Assembly (NCBI GenBank): GCA_002269645.1
Contig: NIVC01003088.1
Span: 56,260 to 120,259 of the forward strand
Origin: Macrostomum lignano
Lineage: Eukaryota
Reading direction: 5' to 3'
Length of the DNA: 64,000 nucleotides
Below the pieces are notes generated by a model. The model had not been told where the DNA came from, made no database searches, and was given only the letters and a program-made list of their open reading frames with translations. This document shows positions 10,401-21,691 of this stretch, in pieces. The position numbers and the translations under genes are program-made. How positions within the stretch are numbered: position 1 is the stretch's first letter; every line of letters begins with the position of its first letter.

Positions 10401-10499
10401 CGGCGCTACGTCGACTGTCTGCTGGCTGACGCCGGCGCCCCGGACTCTGCCGGCGGTGCGACTTTTCTCCGCGCCCAAGCTTTGAAGCGCGCCATCTGA
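7383..10499 (+). CDS. Retrotransposon APE endonuclease + reverse transcriptase, 1038 aa, intact
   Basis: APE motifs LNCRTL, QEV, YAP, GDLN, LDH, SDH; RT motifs QNGFRP, FVDFRKAFDSV, GVLQGDTLAPFLF, YADD, YLG. Confidence 0.95.
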   Translation: MPLPPRGESGEPRLTAAAAKCGRTKRGQRSARRRVERRRERNWRGRQRGAARRAAAALAQLDLPGGAGDHEAHQHRAPAVPEGTLRVGTLNCRTLKATWRRGLLARLALDLSCDVIALQEVSIRADPGLHCEDLGAGWTLWYTSADERGRGGVGALIGPRLQQSCRCISLSSRLLRVDVRLRGRNTRLFCAYAPPATRSDEAQAFFEQLSVRVEEMAQRDTVVILGDLNAVLRRSERSLFVTARENGNTGALEDFLERQDMVSANTRFRKSPGRLATFVGCKRRRRNARGRNATRRLAQLDHVLVRFRERRRVTNCHTITPLALRSDHRLLICDLRLRDPLYRPPKRPPRRYYRALRDAETRRRFAGAFVTALGDKRGGAEYAEVSAAVRAAAEQAVPLMRPAQRGQPVWQDDPAIDEAREDLERLRLSGRPTREAEEALAAVYLQRQQSAVDDAIQAVSAAGPDARGRVAWSAINTLTGRKRRIALNLAGDTPDERRNELREFFAAIVNAPPPPLPENLRLPPETPLPAEESFNVAPVSTADVVKFARQSPGGKALGPDEVPTEALRIHCVATEVARVMNRVLFGEVAPNEWTTAHIVAIPKKPGTTKLEEHRGICLQSCAAKLLNRMLLSRLQPVLDPYLRPEQNGFRPHRGTVTQILALRRVIEEARIRQLTLILIFVDFRKAFDSVVRDALPEVLRAYNVPELLISAVMALYHGTTAAVSTPDGLSDFFETSSGVLQGDTLAPFLFILVLDWVLRTALPSNDDGFLLRRRVGRRQPERRLSVLGYADDLALLSSTVEGAQRQLDRLVAVAASVGLVVNTQKTVVLCVPDDTEAAIFCRGADGQASELPRCQQFVYLGGLVPDVREDLRRRRGLAWAAFRSIRSVLQSEALPDRQRAALFQAVIETVLLCNAETWTLTDSLEAQVDAAHAGLLRAAFKIGNERVTNTALYHRAGLARPSDLLRRRRLQLAGHVIRAEAYCPEPVQEVLLLTLQAPYRRGQARTRRYVDCLLADAGAPDSAGGATFLRAQALKRAI

Positions 10500-10541
10500 C
10501 GCTGCTTTTGTGATCTGGCAGCGTACTCTGTTGTTGCTGTT

Positions 10542-10555
10542 TGTGTGTCTGTCTA

Positions 10556-10586
<31 letters not shown>

Positions 10587-10623
10587 GCCTGTCTGTGTTA
10601 ATTTCTGTGTGTCTGTCTATCTA

Positions 10624-10664
<41 letters not shown>

Positions 10665-10710
10665 GTGTGTGTGTGTCTGTCTGTCTGTCTGTAGTCTGTG
10701 TCTCAGTGTC
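10542..10710. repeat. (TCTG)n microsatellite, right flank of RTE
   Basis: Visible. Confidence 0.95.
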
Positions 10711-10774
10711 GATCTATGTATGGGTTCTGTAAAAACCGCTACATAGGTTAAAAACAGAACAGAGCATTTCAAAC

Positions 10775-11050
10775 CTGTCTACGCAGATCGTTGGTAGTAG
10801 CCAAATCGCACAATTTCTGCAGACACGAGGGCTGGCTTAACAGAGCCACCTGGCCATCGGGCGAGATGCTCAAATTGCCCAACAGTCTCAGCCAATCAGC
10901 CGCAGCTGATTTGCCAGATTTCGACAGCTGCTGCTCGCCAGACGGTAAGGCATTGAATCGTTCAACGAAGCGGCTTTTAACCAGGCTGGATCGGAGCTCG
11001 GGGCTGGTCAGGGCAGCGTTGGACAGAACGGAGAAGCAGGCGCGACGGAT
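10775..11050 (-). CDS. RTTN: Rotatin exon
   Basis: LSNAALTSPELRSSLVKSRF...WLRLLGNLSISPDGQ matches RTTN LSNLALSHDCKGVIQKSNF...WLKLLLNISSGEDGQ; AG/GT boundaries, phase 0-0. Confidence 0.85.
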
Positions 11051-11089
11051 CTGCAGTGAAAGTCAAGTGAACTACTCGGTTGATAAGAG

Positions 11090-11760
11090 CGAGTGTACAT
11101 TGGGTGGGTGGGATAGGAGGCTGATAAGAGCGAGTGTACATTGGGTGGGTGGGATAGGAGGCTGATAAGAGCGAGTGTACATTGGGTGGGTGGGATAGGA
11201 GGCTGATAAGAGCGAGTGTACATTGGGTGGGTGGGATAGGAGGCTGATAAGAGCGAGTGTACATTGGGTGGGTGGGATAGGAGGCTGATAAGAGCGAGTG
11301 TACATTGGGTGGGAGGGATAGGAGGCTGATAAGAGCGAGTGTACATTGGGTGGGTGGGATAGGAGGCTGATAAGAGCGAGTTTACATTGGGTGGGTGGGA
11401 TAGGAGGCTGATAAGAGCGAGTGCACATTGGGTGGGTGGGATAGGAGGCTGATAAGAGCGAGTGTACATTGGGTGGGTGGGATAGGAGGCTGATAAGAGC
11501 GAGTGTACATTGGGTGGGTGGGATAGGAGGCTGATAAGAGCGAGTTTACATTGGGTGGGTGGGATAGGAGGCTGATAAGAGCGAGTGCACATTGGGTGGG
11601 TGGGATTGGAGTCTGATAAGAGCGAGTGTACATTGGGTGGGTGGGATAGGAGGCTGATAAGAGCGAGTGTACATTGGGTGGGTGGGATTGGAGTCTGATA
11701 AGAGCGAGTGTACATTGGGTGGGTGGGATAGGAGGCTGATAAGAGCGAGTGTACATTGGG
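11090..11760. repeat. 41 bp intronic minisatellite with GGGTGGGTGGG
   Basis: About 16 units of TGATAAGAGCGAGTGTACATTGGGTGGGTGGGATAGGAGGC. Confidence 0.95.
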
Positions 11761-11899
11761 GTGGGTGGAATCTTAGACATGGAGTGGGTTTGAGCTTGGT
11801 CAGGGTGCATGTACATTGGGGGTTTGAGCTTGGTCAGAGTGAATGTACATTAGCTGGGTGAGAACATTAAAGATCAAGACTTCAATCGTCGCAACCAAC

Positions 11900-12436
11900 C
11901 AGATCAGCCTCGCGCCACAGCTGGTTATCCTGGCCAGCCAATCGCAGTAGAGCTTGGATCAGACCCGCAGACAGGCCGGCGCATCTGGACGGAGGCGGTG
12001 AGGTGAACACGGCTAGCAGGCGAAGGATGGCCAGCATCAGAGCCGGTTGCGTCAGCGCAGTTGGCCACAGACGTTGCACCCGATCGGCTAGGCAGCAACC
12101 AGACGCGGCGGCCAGCTTAGCTTCGGGCATCGAGTGCATCAGGTGTTGCAACAATTCGGCAGTTTGCCGAGCTTCGCTCGAAGTCAAACTGGGCCGACGA
12201 AAGGTTTCTAATAGGGCTTCAACAAAGCCGGCGTTTAATGCCGCGGTTTTAGCTGATCGCGAGGCTAATAGAAGCATCTTTAGCGCGGCGGTCAGGGTGG
12301 CGCGGTCTTCGGCGATGCCAGCGATGGCAGCGTTTGGAGAATTCGCGACTGACGATGGCAGAGTCCACAGGGTGTCGTAGCGGCGCATCAGGCGGTGGGC
12401 GAAGCGAGCGCCCAGGGTGGCGAAATTGGAGCCGGC
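11900..12436 (-). CDS. RTTN: Rotatin exon
   Basis: Open HEAT/ARM-like frame, CAG acceptor and GTTGGT donor, phase 0-0 with neighbours. Confidence 0.72.
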
Positions 12437-12524
12437 CTGTGGAAAAATATGCTAACTAAAATTCGATACGGCTCACTCATGCATATCAACCTACCCAAAT
12501 GCATTTTAACCTGCTTAAGTACAC

Positions 12525-12650
12525 GTACACTGAAACCTACTCAGATACACTGAAACCTACTCAGATACACTGAAACCTACTCAGATACACTGAAACCTAC
12601 TCAGATACACTGAAACCTACTCAGATACACTGAAGCTTACTCAGATACGC
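12525..12650. repeat. 20 bp intronic minisatellite TACACTGAAACCTACTCAGA
   Basis: About 6 units. Confidence 0.9.
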
Positions 12651-12703
12651 TCAAAACTACTCTGGTACATTGGAAGTTACAACCTAATAAAATATTAACC
12701 AAC

Positions 12704-12975
12704 CTTTTCCAAGCTTTCCGCATCTTCTCCACCCTCGCACTCTCCGCCGCCGCCACCTCTAGGCTTGTCCAGCAGCGGTTTTAAATCTGGCGAATGCAAA
12801 ACAGCATGGCAGAGCAGCAGAGCAGATCTGGAGCCCTCGCTCTGACAGCCACTGCCAGCAACAGCACCAACGCAGTCGTCATAATCCAACAGGCGAGACA
12901 GCGCCGACAAACAGGCTGGCAATCGATTGGCCAGCGCCGCGGCAACGTGATTCACTGCGCCCGGGTCAACGCGAC
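12704..12975 (-). CDS. RTTN: Rotatin exon
   Basis: Open frame, acceptor 12978-76, donor GTTGGT, phase 1-0 consistent. Confidence 0.7.
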
Positions 12976-13165
12976 CTGTACCAACCAAAAATAGAGAAGC
13001 ACTGGTTTACTACTAGATGTACGTACACAATACCTACCTTTACCGACATTGAACGAACCCAGACCCACATTGGGCCTTGACCCATACTGACCCACAAGTA
13101 ACAATAAATCAATCTGAATTAAGTGAAGCCCACATGGCTTCAATAGATAGGAGACAACCCCTTAC

Positions 13166-13502
13166 CCAACTCTCGCCCATATGTAAGCAGAGTCAAAGTT
13201 TGACAAGCCTCAGTCCACAGTCGCAGCATTGCAGGTTGTGGAGGCCGCGGCGACGACTTCCCCGACTGTCCACTTGAGCCGGCGCCCCAGCTCCAGCGCA
13301 ATTTGAGCAGCCGTACCAGCCGGCCAAGCAGTCGGTCGTCGTGCAACAGTCGCGCGCGCAATCGCAAATCGTCGCAGGCCAATAGGCGAAGAAGGCGAAG
13401 CACAGAGCAGGTTGGCTGAGCCAGACGGTCGGGCAGCTGACCAGACCGAGCGCACTGCTCCAGTAGGCCCGGGTCCAGCAGGCCGATTAGTAGCGATGTC
13501 AC
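13166..13502 (-). CDS. RTTN: Rotatin exon
   Basis: Acceptor TTCCCCAG, donor GTAAGG, phase 0-1 consistent. Confidence 0.72.
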
Positions 13503-13619
13503 CTGGGGAATAGGAGTGGAAATTGAACATTTCGTTTGCTTTAGGATTTGTTCAAATGGGTTTCATAAGTTGATTAGGTCCAGATGGGCCGCAAGTCAAG
13601 GAAATTCAACTGGGTCAAA

Positions 13620-14640
13620 TGCGGGTTGAATGGGTCCAAGATGGGTTGAATGGGTCATAGATGGGTTGAATGGGTCATAGATGAGTTGAATGGGGCATAG
13701 ATGGGTTGAATGGGTCATAGATGGGTTGAATGGGTCATAGATGGGTTGAATGGGGCATAGGTGGGTTGAATGGGTCATAGATGGGTTGAATGGGTCATAG
13801 ATGGGTTGAATGGGTCATAGATGGGTTGAATGGGTCATAGATGGGTTGAATGGGGCATAGATGGGTTGAATGGGTCATAGATGGGTTGAATGGGTCATAG
13901 ATGGGTTGAATGGGTCATAGATGTGTTGAATGGGTCATAGATGGGTTGAATGGGTCATAGATGGGTTGAATGGGTCATAGATGGGTTGAATGGGGCATAG
14001 ATGGGTTGAATGGGTCATAGATGGGTTGAATGGGTCATAGATGGGTTGAATGGGGCATAGATGGGTTGAATGGGTCATAGATGGGTTGAATGGGTCATAG
14101 ATGGGTTGAATGGGTCATAGATGGGTTGAATGGGTCATAGATGGGTTGAATGGGTCATAGATGTGTTGAATGGGTCATAGATGGGTTGAATGGGTCATAG
14201 ATGGGTTGAATGGGTCATAGATGGGTTGAATGGGGCATAGATGGGTTGAATGGGTCATAGATGGGTTGAATGGGGCATAGATGGGTTGAATGGGTCATAG
14301 ATGGGTTGAATGGGTCATAGATGGGTTGAATGGGTCATAGATGGGTTGAATGGGTCAAAGATGGGTTGAATGGGTCAAAGATGGGCTGAATGGGTCAAAG
14401 ACGGGCTGAGTGGGTCATAGATTAGTTGAATGGGTCAAAGATGGGCTGGATGGGTCAAAGACGGGCTGAGTGGGTCATAGATTAGTTGAATGGGTCAAAG
14501 ATGGGCTGGATGGGTCAAAGACGGGCTGAGTGGGTCATATATGAGTTGAATGGGTCAAAGACGGGCTGAATGGGTCATCGATCGGCAGAATGGGTCATAT
14601 ATGGGTTAAATGGGTCAAAGACGGGCTGAATGGGTTAAAG
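13620..14640. repeat. 20 bp intronic minisatellite ATGGGTTGAATGGGTCATAG
   Basis: About 50 units, more degenerate at right end. Confidence 0.95.
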
Positions 14641-14754
14641 AAGAGGATATGAGTAAATGATGGATAAAGCAGCTTCAAAACTGGGTCGTGAACTTATAGC
14701 TATGTCAAATGATTCGTCGTCTTAATAGATACATAAAAATGCCGAAACACACAC

Positions 14755-15447
14755 CTTCAGCTCGGCCAGTTCCGCTGGCAATCTGTTCGGCATTAGGCAG
14801 CACAGATTTTGCAATAGTCGACAAATCCCAGCCAGCAATCGAGGCGTACAGACGCCCGGCGGTGCTTGCCGCCTGACCCCGGCGCCGGAGTGAAGGACAA
14901 CGGCGCTAGGCGGCAGCTCCGGCTCGGGCCAGTAGGCTAACAACTGCCGAGCCAAAGAAGACACCAGCTGACTGCTCTCTGACGCCAGTCGCTTCTGGAC
15001 GTCCGTTCCGCTTCCAGCGGCGGCAGCTGAAGCGGCAATCAACGAGGCCAGCAGGTCGCAGGCTTGGGCACGAACTAGCGGACTGCAGCCGGCAATGGCG
15101 CCGGGCCGCAGCAGTGCCAGGCCGAGGCCCCAGGCGCCGTCGGCGCTAACGCCGGCCGATTCCAGGGCGGAATGCACGGCCGCAGCGGCTGAGTCGGAAA
15201 TGCGGCACAGACAGGCTAGGAAATCTAAAGCGGCGGCTGTTAACAGCTGGTGACGGCCGGCCACTAGTAGGCAGGCCCAGTTGAGCGGAATTTTCCAAGC
15301 GTTTAGAGGCGGCAGTGTTTGACCTTGAGCTTGGCCTTGACAATCGGCGGCTAGATTGCGCAATAGGCCTAGTAGGCACAGCAGGCTGCCGTGGCCCATA
15401 AAAGAGTCGCGAACGTCGACTCTGTCGCGTAATAACGAGTCCATCAC
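14755..15447 (-). CDS. RTTN: Rotatin exon
   Basis: 231 open codons, acceptor TATTCCAG, donor GTGTGT, phase 0-0. Confidence 0.75.
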
Positions 15448-15479
15448 CTGGAATAGTAGAGGGACAGGTAATGAAGAGC

Positions 15480-16160
15480 AAAGAAAATAGATAAGAATTT
15501 CGGCAACATCAAAGAGATCAAGAATACGATACTGGAGAGGCAATTAAGGTAGCTAAGAATGCCGGCAACGTCAAAGAGATCGAGAAAATGATACTGGAGA
15601 GGCAATTAAGGTAGCTAAGAATGTCGGCAACATCAAAGAGATCGAGAAAATGATACTGGAGAGGCAATTAAGGTAGCTAAGAATGTCGGCAACGTCAAAG
15701 AGATCGAGAAAATGATACTGGAGAGGCAATTAAGGTAGCTAAGAATGTCGGCAACATCAAAGAGATCGAGAAAATGATACTGGAGAGGCAATTAAGGTAA
15801 ATAAGAATGGCGGTAACTTCAAAGAGATCGAGAATACGATACTGGAGAGCCAATTAAAGTAGATAAAAATATTAAGAATGGCGGTAACTTCAAAGAGATC
15901 GAGAATACGATACTGGAGAGCCAATTAAAGTAGATAAGAATATTAAGAATGGCGGTAACTTCAAAGAGATCGAGAATACGATACTGGAGAGCCAATTAAA
16001 GTAGATAAGAATATTAAGAATGGCGGTAACTTCAAAGAGATCGAGAATACGATACTTTAGAGCCAATTAAGGTAGATAAGAATGACGGCAACATCAAAGA
16101 GGTCTAGAATACGATACTGGAGAGGCAAATTAAGGTAGATAAGAATGACGGCAACGGCGA
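15480..16160. repeat. About 62 bp intronic tandem repeat
   Basis: AATTAAGGTAGCTAAGAATGTCGGCAACATCAAAGAGATCGAGAAAATGATACTGGAGAGGC and variants. Confidence 0.9.
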
Positions 16161-16168
16161 AAACTAAC

Positions 16169-16923
16169 CTGACCAACAGCTTCTAGACAGGCCAATCTAA
16201 GCGGCTCCTCAGCCTGCAAAGGACAGGCGGTGGCCCAGTTCCAGCCAGATGAAACAGACTGCAGTTGTCCAGCATCAGCAGCAGCAGCACTTGTCGATGT
16301 AAGTCGCAACAGAGCCGATAGACAGTCGTGTAGTTGAGCCAACTGACGCAAATGCTTGCCAGCTAGTAATCTCCTAACCAGATAGAATGCCACAGTGGAT
16401 ACAAACGTAGCCGCGGCATCCAAATCCAATTGCTCAGTGCCGACTGCATGATCAAGTAGCAGACAGTCGGCCACAGCACCGGCCAGAGCTACAGAAGATC
16501 TCCAGGCGCGTCGTTTAGCATCGGCCAATCGTTCGCTGTCCGTATCGCAAACTAACGCGTCGCCCATAGCAACAATATAGAGCAGGACCCCGTCCGGTGG
16601 AGCCAATCGACTTAATAGCCAATTTAACAGCCGTATCCGACCACTACTATTATTGTTCTGAGAAGCCAAATCGGTGAGTAGCAAATCGAGTAGGCGGCAC
16701 AGCAGGCGGTAGTCAGCGCTGGAAGCTGGACGAACTCGAACGAACCTGTCGGCTGCATCAATCCAGGTAGGATTATCGTCTGAGGTGGCATCGCTATTGC
16801 GGCCATCGACACGGCTGGCTGAGCTGGGTTGCTCTTCGATCTCTTCTTCTGCTTCTTCTTCTAGGTTGCCGGATGAGCGTTGGCCGCTGGCTCTGCTTTT
16901 CGACTGCTTTTTATTGTTGTTGC
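16169..16923 (-). CDS. RTTN: Rotatin exon
   Basis: Open frame from acceptor 16926-24 to donor GTTAGT, phase 1-0. Confidence 0.72.
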
Positions 16924-17088
16924 CTGGATTGGGAAAAGCAGTTTAGAAGATTTATTATAATGGCAATTTAGATCAGGATTATGAGCAGGAGCAGTGCAGC
17001 GGATTAGGGGGGGATTACGGGTCGGGTGGGTAACAATGCAGCGGATTAAGAGTTAGAGCAGAGTTAGAACAGAATAGAGCAAACTCAC

Positions 17089-17884
17089 CATCTTCATCAA
17101 AGCTGTCCCATTCGTCTTCGTACACCGCCTGTGGACTATCAGCGTCTTCATGCTGGTACTCGGTCATCAGTCGGCAGACAGTCAGTCGATCCACTGCCCA
17201 TCCAGCAACCGCATGATCTTTAGCGCCAGATAAATCTTGAATAGCTTCAGCTGCCAACCAACTGGCGCATCCGGCTCTCAACAGGTGCCAATCTAATTCG
17301 CTAAGCCGCATTCGTTCAGAATAGTCTTCTAGTACGTCTGGCTGCTTATCGGCCAGAGCTAGCAGTCTGGTCCGGCTACCGCCAGCCTGCCAAGCTAGAT
17401 TCCATAGCAACCGAAGCGATCGCTGACCAGCTAGAGAATCTACACCACAGCTATCAGCTTGAGCAGCGTGGGGATTAGCTAAATCGTAGGTTGTACAGCG
17501 AAACGGCAGTTTCAAGCGTCGAACCAATCCGGCTGGTAAAGAGAAATCATTGACAGTTTTGGGCACCGGCGGCGTCATCTCGTCGTATAGCAGTAGGGCT
17601 AGCAACTGGCTGACCTCGAGCTTGCAGGATGAGTCATAGTTCAGATGCAGAGCGCAGCGTACCGCGCAAGAGTAGACTGTGTAGTCTCCGGCTAGGAGTC
17701 GGCGAACTTCGCGATTCAACAGGGCCAGGCGGCGGAGTATGGAGATACAGGCGGGCAGTACCATGCTTAGATAGGCTTCGTCTCGGCGAAGGCAGCGCTG
17801 TATTAAATCCATGGTGTACTGGAGGCCGGATAGGTTCACGATGAAGTGCCGGTGCAGGCCGGGATTCTGCAGGAATATGCTCAC
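17089..17884 (-). CDS. RTTN: Rotatin exon
   Basis: Open frame (SCKLEVSQLLALLLYDE; FSLPAGLVRRLKLPF), donor GTGAGT, phase 0-1; acceptor could be slightly internal. Confidence 0.75.
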
Positions 17885-17974
17885 CTGTCGGTGACGGAAT
17901 GCGGATACAAATGTTTAGAAAATTTACTTTTTAGAGATAGAGTATGAGAGAGAAACACCAAGTAAGAAGGAATT

Positions 17975-18470
17975 ATCTAAGAGATAGGCAAGAGAGATCT
18001 GAGCGAGGGGGAAGAGGGGTCTGAGAGAGAGGAAGAGGGATCTGAGAGAGAGGAAGAGGGGTCTGAGAGAGAGGAAGAGGGATCTGAGAGAGAGGAAGAG
18101 GGATCTGAGAGAGAGGAAGAGGGATCTGAGAGAGAGGAAGAGGGATCTGAGCGAGGGGGAAGAGGGATCTGAGAGAGAGGAAGAGGGATCTGAGCGAGGG
18201 GGAAGAGGGAGCTGAGAGGGGGAGAGGGATCTGAGAGAAGAGAAAAGGGATCTGAGAGAGGGGGAGAGGGAACTGAGAGGTGGAGAGGGATCTGAGAGGG
18301 GGGAGAGGGAACTGAGAGGGGGAGAGGGATCTGAGAGGTGGAATAAGGAGCTGAGAGGGGGAGAGAAATCTGAGAGAGGGGGAGAGGGATCTGAGAGGGG
18401 GAAGAGGGAGCTGAGAGGGGGAGAGGAATCTGAGAGAGGGGGAGAGGGAGCTGAGAGGGGGAAACACAGA
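17975..18470. repeat. GA-rich about 21 bp intronic tandem repeat
   Basis: GAGAGAGGAAGAGGGATCTGA units. Confidence 0.9.
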
Positions 18471-18566
18471 TCCGAGTGGCATCAGAACATTTTAGAAACT
18501 CTATAACGAAGGATGTCACATGAATGTTCCTGCCAAAAGCCATCAATCAATAAATCAATAATTCAC

Positions 18567-18977
18567 CTGCTCTCCGGCACTTTTCCTCACAGCCGGATCA
18601 ACTCCGCCCTCGGACGGGCCGCGCCGGAAAATCTCGTACACTTTATTCAATCCTTCAATCTGCATAGATGGATCTAGAGTTGACGCGGTCTCCAACTGCC
18701 TCGGCTGTTGCTGATCAACATACACTAAATTCATCATATGCTTGAGATTGACGTCGAGAAACACCGGCTGCTTCGCGTCCGAATCGGTTTCGGCCGTTAG
18801 AAAAGCGCAAGCTCGGGCTACGCCTTCGCGACGAACGTCAACGTCTGGCGAGTAGAGCAGGCGAAGACAGGCGCGCATTCGCTGTAGGCGAGACATGGCG
18901 TCGGCCACTGGGCCGGACTGGGTGCCGCAGAATGCCAGCAGGCAGCGGCCGAATCCCGACTCCAGGTCTGTGTGCGC
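18567..18977 (-). CDS. RTTN: Rotatin exon
   Basis: 137 codons, LRLLYSPDVDVR...VRKSAGEQ; AG/GT, phase 0-0. Confidence 0.75.
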
Positions 18978-19169
18978 CTGTTGGGTGCAACGAGTGTGAA
19001 TGTACATGTAGCTCTATGTCTGGCCATTTCGATACATATCGCCTAGTTTTCGTCTACTGGTGGCTGCCTGTGTATTCATTAATAGCTCCCTTATTTATCG
19101 ATCACGCTCTTCATCTTTTATCTCACACCCACTCCATCTATCTCCCGCTCAGTCTGTCTCCCGCACTGT

Positions 19170-19520
19170 CTGTCTGTCCACCACTCTATCTTCCTCTCTA
19201 TCTATCTCCCTCTCTACCTGTCTATCTCCCACTCTATCCGTCTATCTTTCACTCTATCTGTTTATCTCCCACTCTATCTGTCTATCTCCCACTCTATCTG
19301 TCTATCTCCTACTCTATCTGTCTATCTCCCACTCTATCTGTCTATCTCCCACTCTATCTGTCTATCTCCTACTCTATCTGTCTATCTCCCACTCTATCTG
19401 TCTATCTCCCACTCTATCTGTCTATCTCCTACTCTATCTGTTTATCTCCCACTCTATCTGTCTATCTCCCACTATGTCTATCTTCTCTCACTCTGTCTAT
19501 CTCCCACTCTATTTATCTCC
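19170..19520. repeat. 20 bp CT-rich intronic minisatellite CTATCTCCCACTCTATCTGT
   Basis: Visible. Confidence 0.9.
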
Positions 19521-19611
19521 CGCTCAGTCTGTCTTTTTATGACCCTATGACCTTCATTAATTACATATAGTTGCATACTGAATTGATTAAAAAGGCCAAA
19601 AAAAATTTTAC

Positions 19612-19767
19612 CTGCAAAACAGGCAAAACTAGCTGACAGGTTTCCACTACCCTGCGCCAGGTGTCAGCATCAGTATAGGGCCTTGATTCAAGCACACGGC
19701 AGAGCAGCTCCTGGGCCATCTCTCGTACTTCGGGCGGCGCCTCAGAGTCTAAGCCGAACATGCCGAT
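19612..19767 (-). CDS. RTTN: Rotatin exon
   Basis: IGMFGLDSEAPPEVR...LPVLQ; acceptor CTACAG, donor GTAAAA, phase 0-0. Confidence 0.75.
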
Positions 19768-19849
19768 CTGTAGTGAAGTTAATTCATATTTAAACCATAA
19801 AAAAGTTTTATTATAAGACCGTTGATACAGTAGTAAAAACAGTGTCGAG

Positions 19850-20300
19850 TAATCGAGCTTATGATGAAGCTTTAAAGTTAAGAAGCTGTGTATTACAATC
19901 GAGCTTATGATGAAGCTTTGAACTTGAGAAGCTGTGATTACAATCGAGCTTATGATGAAGCTTTGAACTTGAGAAGCTGTGTATTATAATCGAGCTTATG
20001 ATGAAGCTTTGAACTTGAGAAGCTGTGTACTAGAATCGAGCTCATGATGAAGCTTTGAAATTGAGAAGCTGTGTATTATAATCGAGCTTATGATGAAGCT
20101 TTGAACTTGAGAAGCTGTGTACTAGAATCGAGCTCATGATGAAGCTTTGAAATTGAGAAGCTGTGTATTATAATCGAGTTTATGATGAAGCACTGAACTT
20201 GAGAAGCTGTGTATTATAATCGAGCTTATGATGAAGCATTGAACTTGAGAAGCTCTGTATTAGAATCGAGCTCATGATGAAGCTTTGAACTTGAGAAGCC
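19850..20300. repeat. 46 bp intronic minisatellite
   Basis: AATCGAGCTTATGATGAAGCTTTGAACTTGAGAAGCTGTGTATTAT, about 10 units. Confidence 0.92.
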
Positions 20301-20313
20301 CCTAACTTCGCAC

Positions 20314-21426
20314 CTGGTACAGCACGTCCCTATCCAACAGGAACCTAGCCCGCCGAAATTCGCAACTCCCTGGCTCCATAGCCGAATCAATCGACAGGGC
20401 AGTCTGCAGCACGAACAGGCAGGTAGCATAGGTACGCTTTCTCAACGTGGCCTGCCTATGCGCCAGCAGGCCTAGCAACACGCCTCTAGCGGCCGCAGAT
20501 GCCGAGTCACGCATAGCCAAAGCTCTGGAATAGGCCTGAACAAATTGCACTACAAAGCCGACGCAACCGGCCACGCCAACCGCCGGCAAAGCTACTGACG
20601 CCACTTCGTCTAACAGTTCGAACAGTTCAACCGACGATCCAGCGGCATCCGGGGCCTGTCGAAGAAACCGACAGGCGGCCGACATGGCCAGGCCGAGACT
20701 GTCCAAGCTGCGCCGTTCAACCAGACAGTCAGCGCTGGCCGGCTCAACACCGGAAGAAAATAGCAGAGTCAATAATTGCCGCCTTCGATAATTCGATAGG
20801 CCTAATAGACTAGCTTCGCAACGGCACGCCTCTAATAATTCTTGCCTAGTAGACCTTGGCAACCGTTGCCAGGCAACATCGCTAACGCAACCGGACAAGT
20901 TAACAACCAGGCGCATAGTTAAATCGATTAGGCAGGGTAGCAGAGTAGCGTACACTCGTCGATAAGCCAGAGCTACATCTGCTGGCGCAGAAACTTCATC
21001 GCGCAGACTCCGCCGATGCAGCACGGTGGCCCACAGGTCCAGCAGCCCAGCCAGACGGTCGGGCATAGAAGCCAGACAGGCATCCTCACCGATGCACATC
21101 CCTAGCAGGCTGGCTCCGCTCAGAGCCAATTGCAGTCTGCGAGTTGACGGCGATGACGAAGCTTCAACAGTGGCCCTGCCTAGCCAGCCGACGGCAACTC
21201 CGGCCAATTCGATGGCGCACCGAGGAGCCGACCACTGCAGATCGGGATCCACTAGAGCAGTTGAATCGGCGGCGTTCCAATCTAAACTGTTATTCTCGTC
21301 TTCGTCGTTGTCCATAAAGTCTTCTGCCGCGTCGTCGCGGCCGTCTTCGTTGGCAGATTGACGTCGACGCACGGCTGAACGAGGCGGCACGTGACAATCC
21401 GGATCTAATGCCTTGGTTTGGTTTGG
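20314..21426 (-). CDS. RTTN: Rotatin exon (acceptor position approximate)
   Basis: Long open frame, donor GTGCGA; only a weak in-phase acceptor (GAAG at 21427) found. Confidence 0.7.
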
Positions 21427-21469
21427 CTTCGCTTGGTTAGGGTATATGTACGTTCTATTATGAAACTGT

Positions 21470-21665
21470 CCGGGTTCTCTTCTAAAACTGTCCGGGTTCT
21501 ATTCTGAAACTGTCCGGGTTCTATTCTGAAACTGTCCGAGTTATATTCTGAAACTGTCCGAGTTATATTCTGAAACCGTCCGATCTCAATTCTGAAACTG
21601 TCCGGATTCTACTCTGAAATTGTTCGGGTTATACTCTGAACTTTATTCTACTCTTAAACTGTCCA
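21470..21665. repeat. 22 bp intronic minisatellite TCTGAAACTGTCCGGGTTCTAT
   Basis: About 8 degenerate units. Confidence 0.85.
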
Positions 21666-21691
21666 GTAAAACGTAGCCTAACAGCACATAC

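Larger units (their letters stand above)
7351..10541 (+). mobile_element. Apparently full-length RTE/RTEX-group non-LTR retrotransposon, antisense in RTTN last intron
   Basis: Single APE+RT ORF, short 3' UTR with stem-loop and (TTG)-like tail; candidate TSD TGTGTGTCT at 6802-6810 and 10542-10550. Confidence 0.9.
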
